A DNA stretch of 64,000 nucleotides from Phoronis australis. Lineage: Eukaryota; Animalia; Phoronida. The position numbers and the translations under genes were made by a program. The notes under the pieces are model-generated. The model searched no databases. It was not told the DNA's origin and saw only the letters and a program-made list of their open reading frames with translations. Numbering within the stretch: the stretch's first letter is position 1; each line of letters begins with the position of its first letter. The DNA is taken from assembly GCA_002633005.1 (NCBI GenBank), contig NMRA01000139.1, forward strand, positions 558,001 to 622,000. The letters run 5' to 3'. Below, piece by piece: positions 1 through 12,900 of the stretch.

Positions 1-1227
1 TTATCTTAATCGAGAGCTAGTTTACAGGTAGAACGCGGGTTAGAACAAGTACGCAGGTTTTCCCGATATTCAGATCAATTAGTCACTCTTGTTAAAACAC
101 ATGAGGCACTATCTGGTCAAATCAACTCCCTTGATAGTTACTGCTGTATTTGTTTTTGAGACAATATTAAAATTCCTTGCAGAAAGATAGGAAAAATCTT
201 TGATTGGTTTGAAGGCAATTGTTTATAATAGAATGTATATTCTCGTATGAGAAAGAAACTTAAAGATACCTGGAACGTGAAAGCTCACCAAAAATCTCTT
301 TTAAACAATTCCTGACACATAACCATATCGCAACGTCTAGTACAGAGTAATTCACTTTCTCCTGAGGGAGAGTTTCCAGAAAAAAATCACAAAATTCACG
401 ATTGTTGAAATACACGCGAAGGAAAAACTCTGTGGTTGCAACAGAGTTTTTAATCTTCCTACCACTTATGATAAATGCGTGCATACGCTCACAGTCATTT
501 GCGTGAAGTCGCTTGAGGTCAAAGGTGACATTTTCCGTATTAGGGAAGTGTGCTACATCTATGTATTGTCATACCAAAAAAGGATACGTGCTTTGCCTTG
601 TGGGAGAAAAATCGACGAAGTGGCGAACAGTTGGCAGATTTTTTTGAAATTTGGAACTAAATGCTTTGATGTCAACAGAAATTAAAAATCTTTACAAACA
701 AACCTTAAAAATACCTGGTTAGCCGGTTGAATTCTGTCTCAGTAATAGAGAACCACTTTCAATATTGCAATTAGTCTGCTTTTCGCCTTCCCGGCCTCTT
801 TAATAAATGATGGGTTATTTCACTTAGGGATATCATAGAAATTACAGTCATTCAAAAGATAAGGCAAAGGACAATTTAGGTTTTTCTTGAAGTCAAAATC
901 ACCGCACGTACAGTGCATGTACGTTTACGATTACTTTTTACCGTGGGGTGATGGCGACGGTTGTGAACGACGAGTTTCTTTCTTCCACGACCGTGGCTTT
1001 AGGCTATACTTTACCATGGAGTATTTATTGCCGACAATGATAATAAAAGAATTACAATTAAAAAGTAACCGAGAAATAGCCGTTTAACCTCGTAGTATTT
1101 AAATACATTTCCAGAGGCCCGCATCTCTTCATCTTGAAAATACACAAACTAAATTCGTGACTGTTTGTGACGTCATTGAAAAACTTAGTCTTTGATCTCC
1201 ACACAGGAACTGATGTTTCGTTAAAAC

Positions 1228-1428
1228 AGTTTTAGCGCGTGCTGTTTTAGCTCTAGCTGTTTTGGCTTGTGCTGTTTTAGCGCGTGCTGTTTTAGCTCGT
1301 GCTGTTTTAGCTGGTGCTGTTTTAGATCGTGGTGTTTTGGCTTGTGCTGTTTTAGCTCGTGCTGGTTTAGATCGTGGTGTTTTGGCTTGTGCTATTTTAG
1401 CGCGTGCTGTTTTAGCTCGGGCTGGTTT
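1228..1428. repeat. 15-bp minisatellite (GCTGTTTTAGCTCGT) x about 13
   Basis: Directly visible tandem array; it accounts for ORFs 1262..1714 and 1267..1476. Confidence 0.95.
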
Positions 1429-2033
1429 AAAACTGATTCTACAATACTTTCTTTCCGCAAATGCAACAGAAAATAAATACTGTCATCTTGTAACGCCATA
1501 CACTCTTAAATATATTTTAAGTCACGCTTGTTGCGTGCCACGGTTGGAGACCCAATGTCCGTTTAAACACTCACGGTATATCGGCGAACTAAGAAAAAGA
1601 AAAAATGAATATACTTTCACTCAGTACGATATTACAGATCTATTCACTGACCGCCTCTACATTATATACAAATTCAATGTAGAAAATTGGTTATATTTAA
1701 TTTTCATTGTTTAACAAATTGCATTAATTTATTTCAAAGGCATATTTTGCAATGTTGTTCGTTTCTTTACTTTATCTCTCCATTGAGTTACTTTCACACA
1801 AAATTAATCTCTTTTGCATTTCACACACAGATAGACTTGATCGATCATTAAAATAATCCCCAAACTGGTATTATCAAAGTACTTCTGAAATCTGTGTTAG
1901 TGTCATCTTATCAGTGAAGGTACAATATCTTGACACGAAGAGAATCGATTCGTGCAAATGGATTGATCCCTCTAGTCGTTCACCCTTTTATAGTCTTACA
2001 TAGAACGCGTAATATGGATATGGAATGAAAAGA

Positions 2034-2102
2034 CCTAGTTAAGAGGCCTGCGCCTAATGCAAAGCCTAGTTAAGAGGCCTGCGCCTAATGCAAAGCCTAG
2101 TT
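2034..2102. repeat. 31-bp perfect tandem duplication (2.2 copies)
   Basis: CCTAGTTAAGAGGCCTGCGCCTAATGCAAAG twice, then CCTAGTT. Confidence 0.95.
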
Positions 2103-2709
2103 CGAGTTTGAACAATTCAACACTGTTGAAAAATAACCTTATCTTGTGCCATGAAATTATACTCTGATTTTTTATGTGAATGATCGAAAGCAATGTTTAC
2201 AAATTCAGAAACAAACGGCAGTGTAAGGCAAGGAAGGGAGTTTATACGCTGCCCTAAAAATTGACACCGTAGAACGGACACATCGTTACCACGATGTCTA
2301 AGCTGACGACTGCGCAATCTGAATTAAGAAATGAATGAAACGTGTTAATGTAACAAATTATCTACACATCTCTCGGTCTCGCATTGCTCTAGTTAAAGGA
2401 CGCTGTGCAATCCTTTTAATCTGAAGCTAATGTAGATTCTTTCTCATAAGATCACACGCTCCCTGGCTATTTAATCATGATGAACAAAAGATGACTCTTT
2501 TGCAGACATTTGTAACCGGAATTTCTTAGTTCATCATTTGATATACCCCACATGGTGTCCAAGTAACACTGAAATAACCAGAAGAGGGATTAATTATGGT
2601 ATGGTTTCTGTTTCGTATCCCTTCAGCGATATATATATGTGCTTTATATCCATTATATACAATCTGCCTGTACCCTTTCCTTTCATTTTCGTTTGAACGA
2701 TAATAGCAA

Positions 2710-2771
2710 ATGTATTGATACATGTATTGATATATGTATTGATACATGTATTGACAAACATAGGTGTATTG
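2710..2771. repeat. 12-bp minisatellite (ATGTATTGATAY) x about 5
   Basis: Directly visible. Confidence 0.85.
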
Positions 2772-5250
2772 GTAATTCGCTACTGTGTTCACTCGTCCAT
2801 ATCCGTTATAAGATTGCATATCTTGCTATACAAAATTTACAGTCAACGTTAAAATCACTGCATTCTTATATTGCTAGATATCTCGAAGCAGTAGTAGGTC
2901 TTCAAAAGCGTCTGACAGGTATACAAAAATCGTTTTAAAGGTGATGTTTGAAAGGCTTCCGTGTTGGGTATTGACTGAAAAGGTCATATAGCGTATGTGC
3001 ACGTATTTAGAGCCGTTCGCTTACACAAGAAGTCACGCGTTTTTTTTCAAACAATTTTTGCACAAATGTTTTGCACATGTGTGCATGCTACCAACTTTAA
3101 TTTTTCGGCGATGGCGACTATAGGTTGTTTTTGTACATGTCTTAAAGATGCCCCTTCCTTTATTTTCGCCAATTTAAAAACACACCAAAACTAGAAAATA
3201 AACTGAGAAAATTCATATGAAATTCAGTTAAATTTGAAATTATTTGGAGTCGTGCTGAATAAGCATCATTTTGACTTTCGTTTCGACTGAATTAACACGC
3301 GTAAAAATCCATTTTAAGAAGATTTGATCTAAATTGAGTTGGAAGGAGTATCTTTAAATTGACTGCTTTTGTTGCCATTTTGTCCATTTTTGTGTTTTCA
3401 ATTCAAGTAGTTAATGTTAAATTGGAAACTCGTCTACATCTGTAGTTTTTTAACAAATAAGTCAATATTCACCCATTCACTTTACTCACGTTTCCCATAT
3501 AAAGGGCCAAGAACTAATTCCGAATACAGGTGGTGTTCACGTGTAGGGCGGATTGGCGTAATTCGCCAATAACCTCCACCAACCAGGCAGTTACATTCGG
3601 CAATATATGATAATAGGTATATTTCATATTTTCAGGATGTATCCTGAAATCGAGAAAACATGCAGCAACTGTTTAAATTCTAATATCAGGGGCTTAACTA
3701 CCTTTTTGCATAGAATATTAAGAATAATTAAATAGTCTATACGGTCTTGACCTGCGGTCGCATAATTTTAGGCTCATGAAAAGTATTTCAGCAGAAATAC
3801 ACGGTAGATTTTGCATGCGCGTTCTTCGCTTTCCGTACAATCCATTGAAACTATCAATATGCCGTATTGTCTGTATCGATGAAGTAAATCAATTATTCAT
3901 GCGGCGGTTCACGAAATTAAACATATGGGTGTTTAACTTGGCTTCGTTTCCAGTCCAAGATCAAACAAAGTCCATTACTTTGAGACAACACGCTTGATTT
4001 TATGAAATTCTGGTCTTACTGTTTACAGACAGGAAATAATTACGAATTTCCTAGCACCTGTGCGAAATTGCCTGGGTAAGCTCGCGAACACACGAGATTT
4101 TTTTTAATTATTAACACACAACATTAACAGTATCTAATAAGCTAACTTATACATTTAGACTAATTAACTAACGTCTTAATTGGATGGCCAAAAGAAAAGA
4201 AAATCTGAGTACAAAATTCCAAGATGAGTTATTGTTTTGAGAAGTGAATGAGCCAGACTTACATCTATATTTCAATGAAACGGATAAAAAACACGAGCAT
4301 AGTCAATTGTGCCGTCTGATCGGTAACAGTACTCACCGATTTACACGGGAATCTCCATTTTTTTACTTTGGATCCCACTTCATTCTATTATCATTATCAT
4401 TATTATTATCATTTGAGATTGTGGACGGTTAGAAAGCTTTGATGCAATTTTGCTCGGTAACCGTGACTAGAACTGGAGTACCGCACTCTGTAGGCCTATG
4501 CATTTACAATACACCTTAGGCAATTCTCTGAAAACTAACGCATATATTCATCTAAGCATGACCTCAAATTGCAAAGCTCATTACTCGATAGTTTCTTAGA
4601 ATCTCCACCTCGAATTGAGAACGTTGTGACTTGAAGCGAACATTATTTAAAAATTCTCTTTATTTTTGTACGCACTCACTTAGAGATTTCGCGAAGTGCT
4701 TCAGCAGGACTTTATGCAAACTGTAGTTGTGCACACTGCATTAGGTTATGCAAACGTTTGGCAATGCGTCGTCGAGGAGAACGCACAAGCAAAATTACAA
4801 ATCTGCTCCCGTTAGGAAGTGACCTCTGACGGTGAGGATCAAAATCTTATCACACGACTTCTCCACGTGAACAATATTAACAGTGGCACCCAGATCATAT
4901 TGTGCAAATACATTTTATCAAAAAGCACACATTTTTATTTTTTTCTTATCTCGTTGTCTGCTTATCAATTTGTTGACTGTATTGTAAGAAAATAGCTCAG
5001 CTGCTGTTCATGTTTCGAATATTTAAGTTTCATGTTTGCATGCAGTGTATAGAAATGGCCAAATCTCTTGCCCAAGGTCAATTCAAAGGCAAACATGACG
5101 AAAAAACGTGCTCAATGTTTACACAATAGCATATGTCTCGACCGTCGTATAAATCCCTTCAACAATCCAAACATTTGTCTCAACCTATGTTTACGGTTGT
5201 TAATCACTGTTGTAGATTTAGCATCGTTACTGTTCATGTATTAAAAAGAT

Positions 5251-5582
5251 ATTATCGGCGAGAAAAGTGATTTTCTGATACCAGCCTCAACGCAGAATCC
5301 AAACTGCAACCGCTGCGCTCGCAGTCCAGCGCTCTGCTGACGGAACAAATGTATACCCCACTCGATAAATGGCGCAGTATCTAAGCATAGTTTGTCTGCT
5401 AGTCACCGGGTTTGATTTCAGCGAATGTCTGACAGACAACCGTGAAATTGGCGATTTGTAATAAAACTTGACATAACACAAAAGATTTTCTTGTTTTATA
5501 ACTTTGATCAGAGCTAACAACTTTAAAAAAGCTATCCAGCACAACAGCACCAGAATGCGTTTTTGACCGCAAATGAAGATGT
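5251..5582 (+). repeat. Diverged interspersed repeat, copy 1 (copy 2 at 22463-22716)
   Basis: Collinear shared blocks ATTATCGGCGAGAAAAGT, TCAGCG.ATGTCTG.CAGACAAC, GCGATTTGTAA, TGTTTTATAACT.TG.TCA.AGCT and AATGCGTTT. Confidence 0.7.
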
Positions 5583-6905
5583 CCCTGTAATAGCTGTAAT
5601 CATGCAAGCCTAAACACGTTTCATTAATGTTATTATCAACGCTGCTGACCATTTCCTTTCAATAATAGGTAAAGAACGTTTAGAAGATGAATCTAAACCT
5701 GCTTTCATATTTTTAAAATCTGCGTTACCATTGCAGATTCCACTTAAAGTTCCGTTTTAACATTGCCCTCTTCCGGTAATTGCACAATTTAATGTTGTTG
5801 TTCAGGTACCAAACACTCGTGATTACCAAAGCGGCTTCCCAGCATATTTATGAGATTGTTCACTCTGAACACCAAAGCACGTTTGTATCACACACTAGCT
5901 TAAAATATTACTGGAATTATTCATTCAACTTGATGTTTGCGTTTGCCTTAACAAGACGCCTTATCCCGGATGATAGTTTTGAGTAAACACCTCCGGCAAG
6001 AGCGCCTGTTTCTTGCATAAATATTTTCGTCCGAACATCCCTGAATTGAAAAGAAGCATCGAAGCCCAGTTGCTAAAAGAACTTTGGAATTCTACAATAA
6101 ACTGTGAAGCATTTCACGCGATGTTAGAGAAAATTTTAGCTGCCTTGTCACAAACTTTTAATATTGTCTAAGCAAATTTGAATTCCTCGGAACTTCCCTA
6201 ACCGACAATCCCGGACTGCAAAATTTCGGCGGTCATAACAAAAGCATGTCAGTTACATATAGTTGTTTCACACAAAATATATTAACGCACACTGTGGTTG
6301 GCGACTCTATTGTAAAATTTTGACATTTACGTGAAAGTGGGATGAAACGCAAAGGGAATAGTTATCGTAGAACTCTCAAACCCCAAAATGCCTTTTATGA
6401 AACGCCGAGGGCGTAGCGAAAAAAATGTAAATATGAAATTGTTGAAGAGTTGCGAAGTTCAAAATTTCCTTTATAATAGGTACTTTAAATATATGTGCTT
6501 ATATAACAAATCGACCGCAGAGGATCAAATATAGTTGTTGTATCAGGAGCTAGTAACTATTACTTTTCAGTGCATCATTGTGCACCACTTGTTTAGCCAA
6601 AATAACATATCGCACTTTTCCCTGGTCCAAGCAAAAGCAGACGTCGCTTCACACATGCGCGCTCTATAACGAGTCATATGATTGGTTGATCAGCTCACAA
6701 CACTCACACACGCATGGATGTAAAGAAAGTTAATGCCTCTGATGCTCTATTGACATTGGTTTCAACTCTGAGATGTTGGCTGTAAATAGACCACAATTTA
6801 TCTTTCCTTGAGTGGGCTCAACATTCACCGTCCTCAAGGTAGCACGTGCGATCAGAATCGCGAACACGCAGGTGATAACATGTTGGAACTGTAAACGCTA
6901 AGAAA

Positions 6906-6975
6906 ATGTTGCATAACAGGACAGAGATTGGAGTTCTAGTCGGATTTTTTGTCGTCGCCTTTTTTGCCGGGCTGG
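6906..6975 (+). CDS. Alternative first exon 1a of nAChR: signal peptide MLHNRTEIGVLVGFFVVAFFAGL(G)
   Basis: ATG with A at -3, 23 codons + G, then donor GTAAGT at 6976. Phase 1 joins GA at 39283 to give GGA-CTG-GGT-AGC-GAT (GLGSD) in frame. Hydrophobic core present. Confidence 0.75.
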
Positions 6976-9900
6976 GTAAGTTACAATGTCGCTTCAGATT
7001 GTGTTTATAAGTTCAGATATCGTAGGCAAGGCAAACAATTTAAACATCTTTCATCTTTCAAGCTATGCATGCACAAAACGCATTCTTCGTGAATTTTTAT
7101 GGAGTGTATTTTGATTAGGTCTAAAGGTTTGCCTAAGATTCCCTACAGATGCAATTAGCAATGATATGATTAACAGGAATATGAATGCATCATGTTTACA
7201 GTTAATATCGTGTAGGAGTGCAATTGGTGATTAAAAACGGGCTTTCATGTATGATCTTATATTCTATTGCTGTTTTGCATTAAGTGTGGGAGAGTTTGCT
7301 TGTTTATTACAAACAGCGCTACTCCTAACATCCAACGCTAAGTACAATTAGCGATCCCAGTACACTGCCGTTGTTGAACTCTTCATAAATCCCAATGTCG
7401 TTTTGGCGAAAACGACAACATCTAAAAGACAACCTTAGGGTCTTACTCAATTACGTACAGTTATTCTAGAAGAATACACACACTACTAATTTGTAAATTA
7501 ACTATGTAACTCTTCAAATTCGATTGCTATGACGAGTCATTAGTCGTAGGGCCTTCGAGCTTGCTAGAGGTGGTAACTAGCCAATTTGGCCGGCGCATTT
7601 AACTTACGTTTGCGGTAAAGATATGTCTATAGAAGATTGCATTTAAACCTGCATCGTCGGTGGACATTCTCAGCGGTTTAATCCCTGGTGATGTCACCTG
7701 AACGGACTGACACGCTCGTGTAAAGACGACACATTGCGGCCAGGGGATGGTTACTACGTTGTGGCGGATAGGTCGGATTACCTACGACCATCGGAAGATT
7801 ATTGCTGAGAACGTAAACAACCAATTAACCTCACTTTCAACCACAGCACTTGTATATGGAGTTACCCGTAGAAAGACAATTATATTTCAAATACTGATCT
7901 TATTAAAAATCGATTAAACCATCAAATTTATTGTGTCAATTGCAATGCAATAAAACACTACCTTCGTGATTAATTAATCAACTTTACCCATTTTCAAAGA
8001 AATGTAGGGCCCACATCTCAACTGTCCTACCTTTCTTGTATGACACGGTCATATAGACTGACAAATCGAGATTAGCCTAATTATTTACACTAATATTTTT
8101 ACACCTGAAAATGATATGGATAGCCATTGATTCTTGCCATCCCCACTCATCCACGTGAGCCGAGCGTTCGGGCAACTAAGTACATTCAGTGAATTCGACC
8201 CTTCGACTGCAGCGCCCGAAGACGCTTTGCCAACCAAATAACACTCGTGTCAGAAAAGACACAGTGAGATGCATAGATTTTGATATCTTTTCCGACATTG
8301 ACGTATTACCAGTATCGCATACATTTGGCTTGCACAGACATCTTAACTGAGCTGCTTGGTGCTCTTACGCCGTTGCAAGTTTTACGGTTAATCAATTGGG
8401 TTAGTCACGAAGGTTGGCTATGAATCGAACACGTCATTGTTTAGCACTGTTTGAGGAAAAGTGAGTACACATTATGAAAACAGCGAAGACAAACATTTAT
8501 ATCGTCCAGTGCCACTGTACTTCGCACTAGAGAACAGGTTCCATATGCGTATAAGAACAACTCCAGAATAAAGGAGTATTCTGTGGTTGACTCTCTCAAC
8601 GAGCTTTGTTGATCATGCGAGTTTTCGATCACAGTGTTCGTTTTGCGCGATGTGATAACACGTCATGGGTGTTGCCATTTTTGAAGGTGACATAGTAAAG
8701 GCGTATTTAAACAATGAATGGAAGTCAAGTGTCATGCTAAATAATGACGTTACTCTCACAAGACAACCTCGCTCGAAAGATCGACCCCATTCTCCCCGAT
8801 TCAGAGATTTATTGCCGTTTGTATGCACGTGTAGTCACTTACACTTCACATTCACGGCCTACGGAGCGATTATCGCATGACACTTTTCTAGTTTGAATAA
8901 AACTTCACGACCTCCCACGAGAAATGACTTTACTACTGTCCCTTAGTTCGCTCACGTCAATACAGAGTACAGTTTTCTACTATGATGTATCGACTTTGAG
9001 ATGTCATAATACAGTTCTCATATGATATTGTGATATTTCGAAAATCATACGTGTTGACAGGTAGACATACAGGTGACGTTTCGCCTAACTTATGTCAGTC
9101 AGACTATCGCGTTGGCGATAATTAATGTCCATTCACCCACCACCGTCCGGTGCTGTACAGTAGTTCCGTGCTAAGTCTAATTACTAATTAAGAGAAAGAC
9201 AAACAGCGTGATGCAATAAAATCCTGCTATCTAAACGTTTACAGTATCGACAACTGCTTATAATTTGCCTTATTAGTGATAATGAAATCAATCGTATATT
9301 TAGTTGAAATAGGCAGTGATACACTATTAATCCGTCTAATACTTAAACGCATTGTGTGCGTGGTTTGGACTGCAGTTGGATTGACTGATCCACAACGCAT
9401 TGTTTGGATCCCTCGGGATATTTAATGTAGATGTATCACGGTCATTCATTGACAGCAATCTCGACAGCGAGAGGGATTGTGGATTTTAGCGAGTCACGTA
9501 CACGTTTATAGTAAAGTCTAATTACCCTGGATGGACTTTGAGATTGGGCGACTCCTTTGCTGCCAAAATTAATCTAGACAGCTTGGCTCCGATTATTAAA
9601 AAATGTCACCCGCAATAATACCGTTGTACATACGTATTCAAATATTACCGTGAATCCGAAAGTTGAGAGCAATTAAAGGCGACTGGAATAAAAGGAACAA
9701 CACGCGGGACGACAAAGCAGGTACGCGAGATTGATAAGCGAATAGTCTGCGTTCGGGAAAAACATGGTACTTCTTCCGGATTCTCTTACCATTCGCAGCT
9801 GTCTTGAATGACTCAAAGTCATAAACTGGTTAGTTTGTTTGAGGTAATTGAGATATTGACGGTCTAGAAATCTCCTTCTGCTTGGCGAAGTAAGTTATCG

Positions 9901-12900
9901 ACCGCTTAAACTCGATCACCTCATTTGGTAGAATTCTGAACAATAATAGAATCATAAAATCTGGAATAGGTAATTGAAGTTAATTTAATTAACGGCTTCA
10001 CCTGCTTAAGGGCTGCTGAGGTCGCTTGGCTTTTACTAATCCATGTGAAATTATCTTACGTTGTTACCACCTTTACCGACGTTAATATAAGTATTATTAG
10101 AATAAATACTTGGTAGCTGGCGTAATTTAACGGATTTTTGATTTCAAAAGTCACCCAGAGATTTGCGTGCTCATATGTTCGTTCACATGTGCGATGCACG
10201 TTTTGCGTTTCACTAGTTACCCAGCTATTCTGCACAATATCTCGAGTACACTGAGGTATTTGCGACCATTTGAATCAATAAAGAAAACATACAATGGGTT
10301 TTATGCGTACTAATATGTCTTAAAATTCAATCAGAACTTAACTAGGCGGATAATAAGCTTTTCATCACCTACCACACACTGTGGGTGTCCGCACAGGAAT
10401 TTGTTAGAACCGGCGTGAGTATATGTACAGGCCTACAAGGCGACATCTGCCCCAAACGATGAGTGCGGTATCCTGTGATGAAGACGATAGGGACTTGTTG
10501 ACAAGTCGGTGTATTAGACCAAATGTTAACAAAACTGTAGATTTTAACCCAGTACAAATGCATTTATTCTCTGAATGAAGAAAGCCTGTAGAACTTGATT
10601 TTAGACTCAATATCAATCTGCCAGTCATTGGATCACATGGCCTCGTATTTTTGAAGTTAGTAAAGTTTAGCACAAACAAAAGGTACATTGATCGCAAAAC
10701 AACTCTACCAACCACGCGACTAAATTTCATTTGATATAAAAATAGTTTCAGGAACGCTGCTAAATTATCACTTCGTTTTCGTTTTTGCAGCTTCGAGATG
10801 TTTCATGGAAATCATAAAAAAATATTTTTATAGCTCCTCATGAAAAGTGGAAGAAGTTAAAAACCATTCCGTAAAGTAAAGTGCATAAAGAATCCGAAGT
10901 TAATCGTTGGACATTTTCTAGGGTCCCACATAACAACACGAGACCACTTAATCATATGTACGGTCTTACACAGGGTGTTCCATCGAAACAGGAAACCCCG
11001 GTGAAAACAGACATCTCGGTTCGAAAACAGACTCCGCACTTTCAAAAAAGCTAACCATCCCGAAAAACACGAAGCCCAACCTTTGCAACAGTAATCCTGG
11101 GGATCGGACAGGACACTCCACCCGGTGACCGAAACACCACTTCCGCATTTCATGTCAAACTTTGATTGATGGAAAATAAATCGTCCTGTTTTAAATAGTT
11201 GTTGTGATATGTTGTTTTACTATATGTTGTTTTACTTATGACGGATTGGCGCTCTACGTTATTGTGCTGCTAAAGTTGTGGTGGGATCTCTTGCGTCGAC
11301 TTGCGGCGCCATGAAATATTGCGTCACCTATTGGCCAATTTCTTTTTTTTGTTTTTGAAAACATTTTTGGAGAAACTACTGAATAATCTGGAATTAACTA
11401 AATATTCACAGAGATAACAACGTGTTGAGAGTATAGGTTATGTTGAAATGCCCCCACAGACAAGTTGCAGTTTTACCGATAAAAATCAAATAACAAAGTC
11501 ATTATAATATAAGTTACGCTGTATTATTGAACATTTGTAACAAAAAGACATGAAGAAAACAACTGGAAATTACTTAAAAACCCTTTACTCAAAGCTTGAA
11601 GCTACTGACAACGGTCTCAGAAAATTGGAAAAATTTCCTGTCCAGTCATGGGGTTCTTGTTTTTAAGGTCAGGGTTTGTGTTTTTCGGGCTGGTTAGCTG
11701 TTTTGAAGGTGCGGGAGTCGGTTTTCTACTCCAAGATATCTGTTTTCACCGGGGCCCTGTTTCGATGGAGCACCCTGTATAAGACTGACCCCGCATAAGA
11801 TTAAGTGATCTCATGTTGTTATGTGGGACCCTAGAAAATGTCCAACGATTAATTTCGGAACGTTATACTTCAGAAATGAATGATCGCATTCAAACGAAAC
11901 ATACAGATACAATTCTTTGTGCACTTTACTCTAAACCGGTGAACGGAGTTGTTTTTAAATTGTTCCATTTTTCACGAGGAGTTTTATATCGGGATTCGTG
12001 TTTCGATGGATCACTTTGTTATAGAAAATTGGAAACTTGTGGATTTGGACTTTTGGATTTGCCAATCTGCCATTTATCGGGTCACGTGAGCAAACGTCTT
12101 CAGTAAAATTTATCATAAATAAAACACTTTCATGAAAACAAAACAACGGTTTCAATACGAGACCAAACTTTGTATGATATATGAAATCTCAAAAAAGCTT
12201 AAAATTTACTATTTTCTAAATGATCCTTTCATTTTCGTTTTAGGCAACTTGATTTTTTCACGAAAAATACAGAAGTTATATTTTGATTGTCCCTAATTCA
12301 AATGTGGAGCATTTTTAAACAATTCCTAACCTCTCGTTGGAGCACAATGCGGAAGGCATTGTATTAGGAGGTGTCATGTGAATTCGAAAAGCCATTTCCG
12401 AGATATGACGTTCAGAACTTATATATAAAAATTTGGACATTTTTCTAGGATCCTACATACATGTACATAACCTTAAGCTCATTATAGACATAAAACTGGA
12501 CGTGGCCGAATGCCACAGGCGTCTATGGGTCAAACGTTACTTCTGTAACGTTCACTCTGCTTGCTGTTCCTTGTCACCTGAATTTAACTGTGGTGATTTT
12601 GTCATCAGTTCAACATGTGGCAAACTTCAGAGTACTGGTGTTTGGTGCACACAAGCTTTATATTGACGGTTTATATCTATGATTCACGGTTGCGAAATCA
12701 TGAGTCCAAACCATTGGATCGAAGAATGCATGGCATATCAAGTCAGCACTGATTTATGAACAACGTTTTCTCTACTGCCTTGCTTACAACGTTTACCGTG
12801 TATCCTTTGAGACGACGTTATCAACGAAGAATTCAACAGTCGACATGTGTTTAAAAACACGGCTTTAAAATCTATCTATTTATTTCGCGGTAGTGCAGGT

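Noticed and set aside
1262-1714. 150-aa ORF with (AVLAR)n pentapeptide repeats
   Set aside because: It is the translation of a 15-bp minisatellite. The remainder has no domain or splice support.
2034-2102. 31-bp direct repeats resembling CRISPR repeats
   Set aside because: No spacers, only two copies, eukaryotic context.
4002-4080. ATG...GG|GTAAG candidate first exon
   Set aside because: Phase 2 and not hydrophobic, so incompatible with the 39283 acceptor.
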